The notes: generated from the letters alone by a model not told the origin. Shown: positions 21,346 through 30,576, counted from the stretch's first letter. The stretch: 32,000 nucleotides of DNA from Aliivibrio fischeri ES114 (GCF_000011805.1 NC_006840.2); one strand, 5' to 3'. Translations and numbers: made by a program.

Positions 21346-21562
21346 AAGAATACCTAATTACAAAAATCTGATGCTCTATGATAATAGTAACAAAATTTTG
21401 AAACTTGATATAAGGCAGGTTTTTAGTTGTTTTGTGTTTTAAATAAAGGCTTGAGATGGATTGAGGTTCAACCTGAGTTTTTGCTCTTTTTAAATTTATA
21501 ATCGACTGTAATACCTAGAAAGTGGTGGGTTTTATCTAGGTATTAAGTTCGATTATTTCTAT

Positions 21563-23590
21563 TTATCTAGCGCGTTTGTTTTGTACTAATAACGCTTCAA
21601 TCTCATGTTTTGGTTGAGGTTTGTAGAAATGGAACCCTTGAATGGAATCACAATTTAGGCTTGATAATAGCATTGCTTGTTGTCTTGTTTCGACACCTTC
21701 AGCAACGATATCCATGTTTAAATTTTTACCTAAATTAATTACGTTTTCTATGATCGTAATTTGCTTAGGTAATGTGTCGATTTCATTAATAAACCCACGA
21801 TCGATTTTTAACTCATCTAATGGGAAGCGAGCAAGATAAGCTAAAGAAGAGTAACCCGTACCAAAGTCATCAATTGATAAGGTAAAACCAAGCTTCTTTA
21901 TTGCATCTAACATTTGGATAGCGTGCTCGCCATCACTCATTACCGCACTTTCAGTTAATTCTAACGTGATACAGTTAGGATCAACTTGTGTCGTTTTAAG
22001 AAGTCGTTCCATGTACTCAATTAATTGAGGATTACCAAATTGCTCTGGGGATAAGTTAATGGCAATACGACCAGGTAAAATCCCTTGATTCTTCCATTCC
22101 TTAACGGTTTGGAAAACCTCACGCATCACAACTTTGCCTAGTGTTTCAATTAGACCTGAACGTTCAGCAACAGGGATGAAGCGAGCAGGACTGATGTAAC
22201 CTTCAACAGGATGCTTCCATCGAACAAGGGCTTCTGCGCCATTAATTCTAAAATCACGAGCACTTACTTTTGGTTGGTACCATACTTCAAGCCCATTATT
22301 TTGAAGTGCTTTTTGTAATTCGATCTCTAACCAAAGACGCATGCGTGCTTCTTTGTTCATTTGGTCATGAAATTTAATTAAACGGTTTCTGCCTCGATCC
22401 TTTGCTTCATACATGGCGGTATCAGCATTTTGTAGCAAACTACGAGCGTCGCTGCCGTCAGCTGGATATTGGACACTACCAATGGAGCAAGCAAGACGTT
22501 TTGAAAAGTGAACAAGATCGAATGGTTGGTTGATTAAACTGATGATCTTTTCAGATAATTGCTCAAGAACTTGGTTGTGTTCTGGTTTTGGAAATAGTAT
22601 TCCAAATTCATCGCCACCTAAATGGCCAACAACAGCGTGTTTTGGCAGTAATTTCTGTAAGCGATTGGAGATCTCTTTTAAAACACGATCTCCAATATGA
22701 TGACCAAGTGAATCATTAATATTCTTGAAGTTATCAATATCTAAATAAAGCATGAAAAAAGGAATGTCTTCCTTAATCATCTTTTCTATAACATGGGTAA
22801 AACCGTGGCGATTGTAAATCCCAGTCAATAGATCAACTTGAGAAGCGGCAATATGGTTGCTCATTGCAATTTGCTTCTTGTTTTCTTTTAAAATAACAAG
22901 ATGAGCAGGGCTTCCTAATATGTGAGTTTCTTCAACCGTTAATATTAATTCGGCACGAAGAGAGCAATTCGCCGTTGTTCTAACGGTTAACTGTTGTTCA
23001 GAAGGTAAGCTTGAAATTAATTCTGATAAGCATTGAGTGCGAGAAGGGGAATGTAAAAGTTGCTCAATACTTTCGCCAATAAATTCTGTTGGATTGTTGA
23101 ACCCAAGCATTTTAGCTGACGCTCCGTTTGCAGAGACAATAATATCTCCTTCAATTAAAAAGACGGAGTCACTTAATAGCTCTGTGAGTTTGTGGTACTT
23201 AGATTCACTTTCTTTTAGAGAGTTGAGAAGTTGTTGGCGTTCTGAAGTGTCGACAGCGTGAAATACAATATAAGTCGTATCTTCTTCATGAATAGGGAAG
23301 AGACTAAAATGTAGACTGGTATCAAATCGATGATCATCTAGCGTAATTTCCGCTTCAATTTTTTCACCGTTTAGAGCTCTGTCATAATAGGCTTTTAATG
23401 ATGAGTAAAAATGTTTGCCTAAAATTTCAGAATCGCTTCGGCCACAAAGAGATTCACGGTTTAATCCACTAAGTTCACAGTAACGGTTGTTTACTGTTAT
23501 GTATTTATGGTCTTTGTCCAAAATAGCAAACAGAAATGGACTGTTATCTGTAAGCAAAGGAAGCCAATGTTGTATTTGAGAAAGAGACAT
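21563..23590 (-). CDS. rocS: PAS-PAS-GGDEF-EAL cyclic-di-GMP protein, RocS-like
   Basis: PAS-like regions at the N-terminus, intact VGHLGGDEFGILFP, intact EALVRWKHP and DDFGTGYSSLAYLARFPLDELKIDR. The rocS name rests on recalled position and size in V. cholerae, not a search. Confidence 0.8.
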   Translation of the reverse strand: MSLSQIQHWLPLLTDNSPFLFAILDKDHKYITVNNRYCELSGLNRESLCGRSDSEILGKHFYSSLKAYYDRALNGEKIEAEITLDDHRFDTSLHFSLFPIHEEDTTYIVFHAVDTSERQQLLNSLKESESKYHKLTELLSDSVFLIEGDIIVSANGASAKMLGFNNPTEFIGESIEQLLHSPSRTQCLSELISSLPSEQQLTVRTTANCSLRAELILTVEETHILGSPAHLVILKENKKQIAMSNHIAASQVDLLTGIYNRHGFTHVIEKMIKEDIPFFMLYLDIDNFKNINDSLGHHIGDRVLKEISNRLQKLLPKHAVVGHLGGDEFGILFPKPEHNQVLEQLSEKIISLINQPFDLVHFSKRLACSIGSVQYPADGSDARSLLQNADTAMYEAKDRGRNRLIKFHDQMNKEARMRLWLEIELQKALQNNGLEVWYQPKVSARDFRINGAEALVRWKHPVEGYISPARFIPVAERSGLIETLGKVVMREVFQTVKEWKNQGILPGRIAINLSPEQFGNPQLIEYMERLLKTTQVDPNCITLELTESAVMSDGEHAIQMLDAIKKLGFTLSIDDFGTGYSSLAYLARFPLDELKIDRGFINEIDTLPKQITIIENVINLGKNLNMDIVAEGVETRQQAMLLSSLNCDSIQGFHFYKPQPKHEIEALLVQNKRAR

Positions 23591-23779
23591 AGTGTTACCG
23601 CTTTAGTAAAGAAGACCAATAACTTCCAGAGATATAATGTTTATTTATAAGACGAACAGTAAAATATACATTGAAAGAATCCCTATTTTCTACCTTTAAT
23701 CGTAATAAGTGCTTTTTTTGATAATAAACAGGTTAGATATCACTCTATCAATTTATACTTGCCTCTAGTTATCGACCAA

Positions 23780-24316
23780 ATGTTATGGAAATTAAGTGTG
23801 ATTAATCAAATTCGTTCGAAATTAGTAGAAAATGCGGCCTCTGTTTTAAAAACTCCTGCAAAGTTAGTTCCTGTTTCAATCCAACAGAAGATGTTACTCG
23901 AAGGATTAAAACAAGTTTTTCATGAAGCGCTAGAAGATGGTGATTTTGAGTTTTTAGAAGATAAATGGCTAAAAGTTTCGATTCTTGATCTCGAATTAGA
24001 GTGGTTTATCAGCTATCAAGATGCAAAACTGGTAGTCTCGAATAAAACAGAAAATGATGATGTGAGTTTCAGTGGGCAGTTAAATGATTTAATTTTAATT
24101 GCAGGCCGAAAAGAAGATCCTGATACTCTGTTTTTTCAACGTCGCCTAAAAATTGAAGGCGACACAGAGCTTGGTTTGGAAGTGAAAAACTTAATGGATA
24201 GCGTAGATCTTGACTCGTTACCAAAGCCTTTAAATCAAGCATTAATGACGTTGGCAAACTTTGTACAGCAAGGTTTGCAGAAACCTGAAGTTAAAGAGAC
24301 CATGAATGCTTATTAG
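23780..24316 (+). CDS. ubiT: SCP2-domain ubiquinone biosynthesis accessory factor UbiT (YhbT)
   Basis: DPDTLFFQRRLKIEGDTELGLEVKNLMDSVDL...; closely resembles YhbT/UbiT. The track ORF starts at TTG 23759; ATG 23780 gives the family-like N-terminus. Confidence 0.9.
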   Translation: MLWKLSVINQIRSKLVENAASVLKTPAKLVPVSIQQKMLLEGLKQVFHEALEDGDFEFLEDKWLKVSILDLELEWFISYQDAKLVVSNKTENDDVSFSGQLNDLILIAGRKEDPDTLFFQRRLKIEGDTELGLEVKNLMDSVDLDSLPKPLNQALMTLANFVQQGLQKPEVKETMNAY

Positions 24317-24809
24317 AACTGAAGCTCCAGCTGATATTCTGACGGTTGACCGTTTAGTTCGCTCTGCATTTGATACTGAAGCAGAAGCGAAATTAGTGAT
24401 GTCTTTGCGTGAAAACAGCCATTTAACACTTGCTTTAGTCGCATGTAGTGACGATGGTGAAGTGATTGGTCACTGTTTATTTAGTCCTGTTACATTGAAT
24501 GGCGACGATTTAAACTGGCAAGGATTAGCTCCTTTATGTGTAAAAAAAGAGCACCAAAAACAGGGTATAGCTGAAGCATTAGTAAAAGAAGGTTTAGAGA
24601 TGCTGACTGAACTGGGCTATCCAGTTGTTGTCGTATTAGGAGATTCAAATTATTACCAACGTTTTGGTTTTGAATCAGCAACGAATTACGATATGCACTC
24701 TAAATGGGAAGTCCCTGAAGGGGCTTTTATGATTAAAGCCTGCTCTTCTGAATTTCTTGAAGGAAGATCAGGATTAATCGAATATTGTCCTGAATTTGAT
24801 GTATTGTAA
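24306..24809 (+). CDS. yhbS: GNAT N-acetyltransferase YhbS
   Basis: MLIRTEAPADILTVDRLVRSAFDTEAEAKLVMSLRE...LAPLCVKKEHQKQGIAEALVKEGLE...GFESATNYDM; start overlaps the 3' end of ubiT. Confidence 0.85.
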   Translation: MLIRTEAPADILTVDRLVRSAFDTEAEAKLVMSLRENSHLTLALVACSDDGEVIGHCLFSPVTLNGDDLNWQGLAPLCVKKEHQKQGIAEALVKEGLEMLTELGYPVVVVLGDSNYYQRFGFESATNYDMHSKWEVPEGAFMIKACSSEFLEGRSGLIEYCPEFDVL

Positions 24810-24818
24810 TAGACGAAA

Positions 24819-24852
24819 AGAATGCTCATCTTGCTATGAGCATTCTATTTTT
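24819..24852. terminator. Terminator between convergent yhbS and the next gene
   Basis: AGAATGCTCAT-cttgct-ATGAGCATTCTATTTTT, 11-bp perfect stem. Confidence 0.8.
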
Positions 24853-24864
24853 ATTGGCAATTAG

Positions 24865-25332
24865 TTAGCGCTTTAATCCCCATATTTCCACTTTTGCTTT
24901 TTTCACTACACCTGCGGCATTCAGCGTCAAATTTCCCCAGCTTTTATATTGTAATTCTAGGAAATCAAATTTGGATTTATCCGTTCCTGGTAATTTATAG
25001 GTCCGAGTGCTCATCCCTTTTGTCAGTGTGCCCATTGTTTTTAATTGCTTTGTTGAGCCATCGGTCATGGTTACTTTCATGCTTTTTATACTGACAGTAC
25101 CTTGCACACATTTTATTTTTATCTTTGAAAATTTACGTTCACTCAGAAAAGGTAATGGTTCTACTTTATCTTCTTCTTGTTCAAAATTAACGGTTTTATC
25201 GCTAATAAGTACCCAATCACCATTATCTTTCGCATAAGTCGTATTGGTTGAGGCGATATTAATAAGTAAAACGAGAGCCATTGTTGAAAAAATAGAGGAG
25301 ATAGTTGCAGTTGTAATTAATCGCTTTTTCAT
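24865..25332 (-). CDS. Predicted secreted beta-rich protein of unknown function, possibly DUF2541-like
   Basis: Signal-peptide-like N-terminus ending TTYAKDNGDW; WVLISDKTVNFEQEED...KFSKIKIKCVQGTVSIKSMKVTMTDGS...STRTYKLPG...FLELQYKSW...KAKVEIWG pattern; convergent to yhbS with a shared terminator. Confidence 0.7.
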   Translation of the reverse strand: MKKRLITTATISSIFSTMALVLLINIASTNTTYAKDNGDWVLISDKTVNFEQEEDKVEPLPFLSERKFSKIKIKCVQGTVSIKSMKVTMTDGSTKQLKTMGTLTKGMSTRTYKLPGTDKSKFDFLELQYKSWGNLTLNAAGVVKKAKVEIWGLKR

Positions 25333-25541
25333 TAGTCACAGTCTTAATACAAAAATAGGGGCTAAAGTATTGAATGGTAATATTGATGAAGTCAGTATTA
25401 AGTTAAAATATCGGTTTGTATAATATTTGAGACGAGAGGCTTTGTTATATTGTTAGGGATTATGTGCTCTCAGTGTGTATCAGTAGCATCAAATCTAGAA
25501 TATTGATAAGATTCTCCACCTTAGATAAGTAGGTGAATGAT

Positions 25542-25943
25542 ATGCCCCAGCAAGCGTTACAGTTTTTAAATGAGATGGATATTTCGGTTTGGCAAGTTCG
25601 TCAAACAAGCTATTTCCCGGCATTAGAAAACACAACATTATCGTTACCTGAAACTTGTCAGTTATTATTTGTAGCTCCTGCTATACCGACAGAGCGTGAT
25701 GCTTTTCTATTTGGAAAAGTGCTTGCTAGCATGAAGCTGTCACCTGAGCAGGCGTTATTTCTTTCTTCTGAGTCATTAGAATATATTGGGGAGCATCATT
25801 TAGATTGGTGCTGGTTCTCTGGGGTATCTACCACAGAGCTAGAAGGCGTTAAAATATTAACCTCTCCTTTATTGTCAGAGATGCATTCTAATACTCAATC
25901 ACGACGTGATTTATGGCGACAAATTTGTTCTTATGACAATTAA
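25542..25943 (+). CDS. holD: DNA polymerase III psi subunit HolD
   Basis: MPQQALQFLNEMDISVWQVRQTSYFPALE...WCWFSGV...LLSEMHSNTQSRRDLWRQICSYDN; synteny with rimI. Start could be GTG 25533 or ATG 25542. Confidence 0.82.
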   Translation: MPQQALQFLNEMDISVWQVRQTSYFPALENTTLSLPETCQLLFVAPAIPTERDAFLFGKVLASMKLSPEQALFLSSESLEYIGEHHLDWCWFSGVSTTELEGVKILTSPLLSEMHSNTQSRRDLWRQICSYDN

Positions 25944-26379
25944 AATTCAAACAACGTCTGAATCTCATTTAGATGATATTTGGCGAATAGAAAGAGCAGC
26001 TCATTCACACCCTTGGGCTGAATCTATGATCAGAGAGCTTGATAGTCGTTGTGCTCAGCATCGAGTCATGTTAGTTGATGAGCAAGTCGTGGGTTACTTT
26101 TATGCTCAAAATGTTGTTGGCGAAGTAACTTTATTGAATATTGCGATAGATCCTGCTCATCAAGGTAAAGGATTCGGCCGTAAGTTAACTGAATTTTTTA
26201 TTGATATGTGTATGGAACAAAAAGCTGAATCAGCATGGCTCGAAGTTCGAGAAAGTAATACTAAAGCTATCTCATTATATGAGTCAGAAGGGTTTAATGA
26301 AGTGACTCGCCGTCATGATTATTACCCAACAAATAATGGCAAAGAAGACGCTATTATTATGAGCTTTATATTTTTCTAA
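25933..26379 (+). CDS. rimI: Ribosomal protein S18-alanine N-acetyltransferase RimI
   Basis: IWRIERAAHSHPWAESMI...GYFYAQNVVGEVTLLNIAIDPAHQGKGFGRKLTEFF...WLEVRESNTKAISLYESEGFNEV...YYP; ATG 25933 overlaps the holD stop region. Confidence 0.9.
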   Translation: MTIKIQTTSESHLDDIWRIERAAHSHPWAESMIRELDSRCAQHRVMLVDEQVVGYFYAQNVVGEVTLLNIAIDPAHQGKGFGRKLTEFFIDMCMEQKAESAWLEVRESNTKAISLYESEGFNEVTRRHDYYPTNNGKEDAIIMSFIFF

Positions 26380-26384
26380 ATTCC

Positions 26385-26417
26385 TTACTTTAGATAAGAG
26401 GCGAGTTTGCGTATAAT
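26385..26417 (+). promoter_or_regulatory. Candidate promoter for prfC
   Basis: TATAAT at 26412-26417 with a weak TTACTT at 26385-26390; -10 sits inside an inverted repeat. Confidence 0.4.
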
Positions 26418-26475
26418 CTCGCCTAATTATTACATGTTCTATCCTTTCTGAAATCTTACAGGATTATCAACGCTT

Positions 26476-28056
26476 ATGTCTTTTTTACAAGAAGTGGGTA
26501 AACGCAGAACGTTTGCCATCATTTCTCACCCGGATGCGGGTAAAACAACCATTACTGAAAAAGTATTATTATTCGGAAACGCGATTCAAAAAGCGGGTAC
26601 CGTAAAAGGTCGTGGTTCAAACCAGCACGCAAAATCAGACTGGATGGAAATGGAAAAAGAACGTGGTATCTCTGTTACTACGTCAGTAATGCAATTCCCA
26701 TTCAACGATTGCTTAGTTAACTTACTTGATACTCCTGGACACGAAGATTTCTCGGAAGATACTTATCGTACATTAACTGCTGTTGACTCATGCCTAATGG
26801 TAATTGATGCAGCAAAAGGTGTCGAAGACCGTACTCGTAAATTAATGGAAGTGACACGTCTACGTGATACGCCAATCGTAACCTTCATGAACAAATTAGA
26901 CCGTGAAGTTCGTGACCCAATGGAAGTGCTTGATGAAGTAGAAAGCGAGTTAGGTATGGCTTGTGCACCTATTTCATGGCCTATTGGTTGTGGTAAAGAG
27001 TTTAAAGGTGTTTACCATATTCACCGTGACGAAACGATTTTATATGAATCAGGTCATGGTCATGAAATCCAAGAAGTTCGTACGATCAAAGGTCTTGATA
27101 ACCCTGAACTGGATGCAACAGTTGGTGCAGATTTGGCTGAAAGTGTTCGTGAAGAGTTAGAACTTGTTATGGGCGCATGTCCTGAGTTTGATCATGAGCT
27201 TTTCCTAGCTGGTGAGCTAACGCCAGTGTACTTTGGTACTGCTCTTGGTAACTTTGGTGTTGACCATATGCTAGAAGGCTTAACGGATTGGGCTCCTGCG
27301 CCACAAACTCGTCAAGCAAATGAGCGTGATGTTGTTGCAACAGAAGATAAGTTCTCAGGCTTTGTTTTTAAGATCCAAGCAAACATGGATCCTAAACACC
27401 GCGACCGTATTGCCTTTATGCGTATTGTATCTGGTACATACACTCAAGGCATGAAGATGAACCATGTTCGTACAGGCAAAAACGTCAGTATTTCTGATGC
27501 GGTAACCTTTATGGCGGGTGACCGTTCACGTGCTGAAACGGCTTATGCTGGTGACATTATCGGCCTACATAACCATGGTACTATTCAAATTGGTGATACG
27601 TTTACTCAAGGTGAAAGCTTGAAGTTCTCAGGTATTCCTAACTTTGCACCAGAATTGTTCCGTCGTATCCGTTTAAAAGATCCTCTAAAGCAAAAACAAT
27701 TGCTTAAAGGTCTAGTTCAATTATCTGAAGAAGGTGCGGTACAAGTATTCCGTCCACTGCAAAACAACGATCTTATTGTTGGTGCGGTTGGTGTTCTTCA
27801 GTTCGACGTAGTTGTTGCTCGTCTTAAAGCAGAATACAACGTTGAAGCCATCTATGAAGGTGTAAGTGTTGCAACGGCTCGTTGGGTTGATTGTGCAGAT
27901 GGTAAGAAGATGGATGAGTTCCAACGTAAGAACCAAGCTAACTTGGCGCTTGATGGTGGTGACAACCTAACTTACATCGCACCGACAATGGTTAATCTAA
28001 ACCTTGCTTCTGAACGTTTCCCTGATGTTCAATTTAGAGCGACGCGTGAGCACTAA
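26476..28056 (+). CDS. prfC: Peptide chain release factor 3
   Basis: [71 protein letters not shown]; RF3. Confidence 0.97.
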   Translation: MSFLQEVGKRRTFAIISHPDAGKTTITEKVLLFGNAIQKAGTVKGRGSNQHAKSDWMEMEKERGISVTTSVMQFPFNDCLVNLLDTPGHEDFSEDTYRTLTAVDSCLMVIDAAKGVEDRTRKLMEVTRLRDTPIVTFMNKLDREVRDPMEVLDEVESELGMACAPISWPIGCGKEFKGVYHIHRDETILYESGHGHEIQEVRTIKGLDNPELDATVGADLAESVREELELVMGACPEFDHELFLAGELTPVYFGTALGNFGVDHMLEGLTDWAPAPQTRQANERDVVATEDKFSGFVFKIQANMDPKHRDRIAFMRIVSGTYTQGMKMNHVRTGKNVSISDAVTFMAGDRSRAETAYAGDIIGLHNHGTIQIGDTFTQGESLKFSGIPNFAPELFRRIRLKDPLKQKQLLKGLVQLSEEGAVQVFRPLQNNDLIVGAVGVLQFDVVVARLKAEYNVEAIYEGVSVATARWVDCADGKKMDEFQRKNQANLALDGGDNLTYIAPTMVNLNLASERFPDVQFRATREH

Positions 28057-28081
28057 TTAATCAGTTGCTTATCAAATAAAT

Positions 28082-28111
28082 AAAAACGGAGTCTTAACGG
28101 ACTCCGTTTTT
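28082..28111 (+). terminator. Terminator after prfC
   Basis: AAAAACGGAGTC-ttaacg-GACTCCGTTTTT, perfect 12-bp stem. Confidence 0.9.
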
Positions 28112-28201
28112 GTATCTATAGTAATAGCAATGCACTTATACCCATCAACTCATTCAGGTTCGTATTATTCATTGATACGTTAAGTAAGAAAGGGAGCATG
28201 A

Positions 28202-28315
28202 ATGTTAACGTTAATTAAATTATGGATACGAAAGTATGATGCATGGTGTGAGTCATTAGGCTTAACACCAGAAAACAAGCGCAGTTGTGTTCCTTATAGA
28301 AAAGAAGAAGAGTAA
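28202..28315 (+). CDS. Small 37-aa ORF translationally coupled to the downstream TatD-family gene
   Basis: MLTLIKLWIRKYDAWCESLGLTPENKRSCVPYRKEEE*; TAATG overlap with the next start. May be the DUF5363-type family (recalled, unverified). Not in the ORF track because it is short. Confidence 0.65.
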   Translation: MLTLIKLWIRKYDAWCESLGLTPENKRSCVPYRKEEE

Positions 28316-29091
28316 TGGTCTTTACGTTCATTGATTCACATTGTCATTTTGATTTTGACCCTTTTAAGAATAATGAAGTGTCCTACTTACAAATGGCAAA
28401 AGATAAAGGCGTTACAACGCTTGTTGTACCCAGTGTAAATCAATCAAACTGGAATCATGTGAGTAGATTGGCACATCAATTTGATGAGATTTACTACGCA
28501 TTAGGCATTCATCCACTATTTATTACTCCAAGCTATGAAAGGGAGTTAGAAAATCTAGGTGAGTTACTTGATGGAAAAAATAAAAAATGTGTAGCGATTG
28601 GTGAATGTGGATTGGATTTTTGGTATCCAGAAAGTGATATAGAAACACAGATCTCTGTTTTTCGTCAGCATTGTTTGTTGGCTAAACAGCATCAACTTCC
28701 TCTGATTGTTCACAGTCGTAAAAGTCACGATATGGTATTAAAGCTGTTGAGAGAAATTCAGCCAGAGAGAGGTGGAGTAATTCACGGGTTTAGTGGTAGC
28801 TTGCAGCAGGCCAATCAGTTCATTGACTTAGGGTTTTATATTGGTGTTGGTGGCGTGATCAGTTACGAAAGGGCAAAGAAGACTAAAATGGTTATTTCAC
28901 AGCTACCTTTAGATAAAATTATATTAGAAACTGACGCACCAGACATGCCATTATTTGGCTTTCAAGGTGAAAAAAATAGCCCTGATAAAGTACGAAATGT
29001 ATTCGAATATCTCTCTTTGATTAGAAAAGAATCAATGCAAACGATTTCGGAAACTGTTTATAAAAATACCACCTCTTTGTTTGGGATTTGA
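28315..29091 (+). CDS. yjjV: TatD-family metal-dependent hydrolase, YjjV-like
   Basis: FIDSHCHFDFDPF, AIGECGLDFWY, FRQHCLLAKQHQLPLIVHSRKSHD, VIHGFSGS, LETDAPDMP. Confidence 0.88.
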   Translation: MVFTFIDSHCHFDFDPFKNNEVSYLQMAKDKGVTTLVVPSVNQSNWNHVSRLAHQFDEIYYALGIHPLFITPSYERELENLGELLDGKNKKCVAIGECGLDFWYPESDIETQISVFRQHCLLAKQHQLPLIVHSRKSHDMVLKLLREIQPERGGVIHGFSGSLQQANQFIDLGFYIGVGGVISYERAKKTKMVISQLPLDKIILETDAPDMPLFGFQGEKNSPDKVRNVFEYLSLIRKESMQTISETVYKNTTSLFGI

Positions 29092-29141
29092 GTTATCAGT
29101 CATTTCTTTAGTTGTAATTGATGATTATTTAGAAACACCTT

Positions 29142-29236
29142 AGTGATAATGATCACAATTATGGATGAATAAAGCATGTATCAGCCACGATTATGTGACA
29201 ACAGCATTACTTTCTTTGTGGTTCAATGAGTATAAT
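29142..29236 (+). promoter_or_regulatory. Candidate CRP-controlled nupC promoter
   Basis: AGTGA-TAATGA-TCACA (29142-29157), second left half-site TGTGA at 29194-29198, and TATAAT at 29231-29236. Confidence 0.6.
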
Positions 29237-29289
29237 CGCCCCCGCTAATTTGAAACACGCCAACAATAAATTTAGGGAAAACTTTAACT

Positions 29290-30546
29290 ATGAGCCTGCT
29301 AATGAGTTTGGTTGGGATCGTGGTACTGCTGGGTATAGCTGTACTTCTTTCTGATAACCGTAAAGCAATCAATCTACGCACAGTCGGTGGCGCTTTTGCT
29401 ATCCAATTCTTCTTAGGCGCATTTGTACTTTATGTACCTGTGGGTCGTGATGTACTTTATGGTGCATCGGAAGCTGTTGCTAACGTAATTAACTACGGTA
29501 ACCAAGGTATCGAATTCTTATTCGGTGGTTTAGTTTCTGGTAAAATGTTCGAAGTATTTGGTGGCGGCGGTTTCGTATTCGCACTACGTGTACTTCCTGT
29601 AATCGTATTCTTTGCTTCTTTAACTGCTGTTCTTTACTACCTAGGTATCATGCAAATCGTGATTAACTTCCTAGGTGGCGCACTGCAGAAAGCACTTGGC
29701 ACATCTCGTGCGGAATCACTATCTGCTACAGCTAACATCTTTGTTGGTCAAACAGAAGCGCCGCTAGTTGTGCGTCCGTTTGTTCCAAAAATGACTCAAT
29801 CTGAGCTATTTGCAGTAATGTGTGGTGGTCTAGCATCTGTTGCTGGTGGTGTACTAGCTGGTTATGCATCTATGGGCGTGCCTCTAGAGTACCTAATCGC
29901 AGCATCATTCATGGCTGCACCAGGTGGTCTTCTATTCGCTAAAATTATTAAACCAGAAACAGAGCAACCAATTGAGCAACTAGATGCTCTAAATAACGAA
30001 GGTGATGATAAACCAGCTAACGTTATTGATGCTGCTGCTGCTGGTGCTGCAACAGGTATGCAACTTGCGTTAAACGTAGGTGCGATGCTTCTTGCATTCA
30101 TCGGTTTAATCGCTCTAATCAATGGTATCTTAGGTGGTATCGGTGGTTGGTTCGATATGCCTCATATCACTTTAGAACTGATTCTAGGTTACATCTTTGC
30201 TCCTTTAGCATTCTTAATCGGTGTTCCATGGGAAGAAGCAACAATTGCTGGTTCATTCCTTGGTCAAAAACTGGTAGTTAACGAATTCGTTGCATACCTA
30301 AACTTTGCACCTTACCTAGCTAATGGCGCAGAAGTGGTTCTTTCTGAGAAAACAGAAGCAATCATCTCATTCGCACTATGTGGTTTCGCAAACCTTTCTT
30401 CTGTAGCGATTCTACTTGGTGGTCTAGGTAGCCTTGCACCAGCACGTCGTCATGACATCGCTCGCATGGGTATGAAAGCGGTTGCTGCTGGTACATTATC
30501 AAACCTAATGTCTGCAACAATTGCAGGTCTATTCCTATCTCTATAA
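29290..30546 (+). CDS. nupC: NupC/CNT-family concentrative nucleoside transporter
   Basis: MSLLMSLVGIVVLLGIAVLLSDNRKAINLRTVGGAFAIQ...NIFVGQTEAPLVVRPFVPKMTQSELFAVMCGGLASVAGGVLAGY...; CNT family motifs. Confidence 0.92.
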   Translation: MSLLMSLVGIVVLLGIAVLLSDNRKAINLRTVGGAFAIQFFLGAFVLYVPVGRDVLYGASEAVANVINYGNQGIEFLFGGLVSGKMFEVFGGGGFVFALRVLPVIVFFASLTAVLYYLGIMQIVINFLGGALQKALGTSRAESLSATANIFVGQTEAPLVVRPFVPKMTQSELFAVMCGGLASVAGGVLAGYASMGVPLEYLIAASFMAAPGGLLFAKIIKPETEQPIEQLDALNNEGDDKPANVIDAAAAGAATGMQLALNVGAMLLAFIGLIALINGILGGIGGWFDMPHITLELILGYIFAPLAFLIGVPWEEATIAGSFLGQKLVVNEFVAYLNFAPYLANGAEVVLSEKTEAIISFALCGFANLSSVAILLGGLGSLAPARRHDIARMGMKAVAAGTLSNLMSATIAGLFLSL

Positions 30547-30576
30547 TCGTATAGAGCAGAACAGATAATCATTATA

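Noticed and set aside
21400-21420. Possible FNR site upstream of ubiU (ATCAA on the minus strand)
   Set aside because: Only one half-site; no matching left half or clear promoter spacing.
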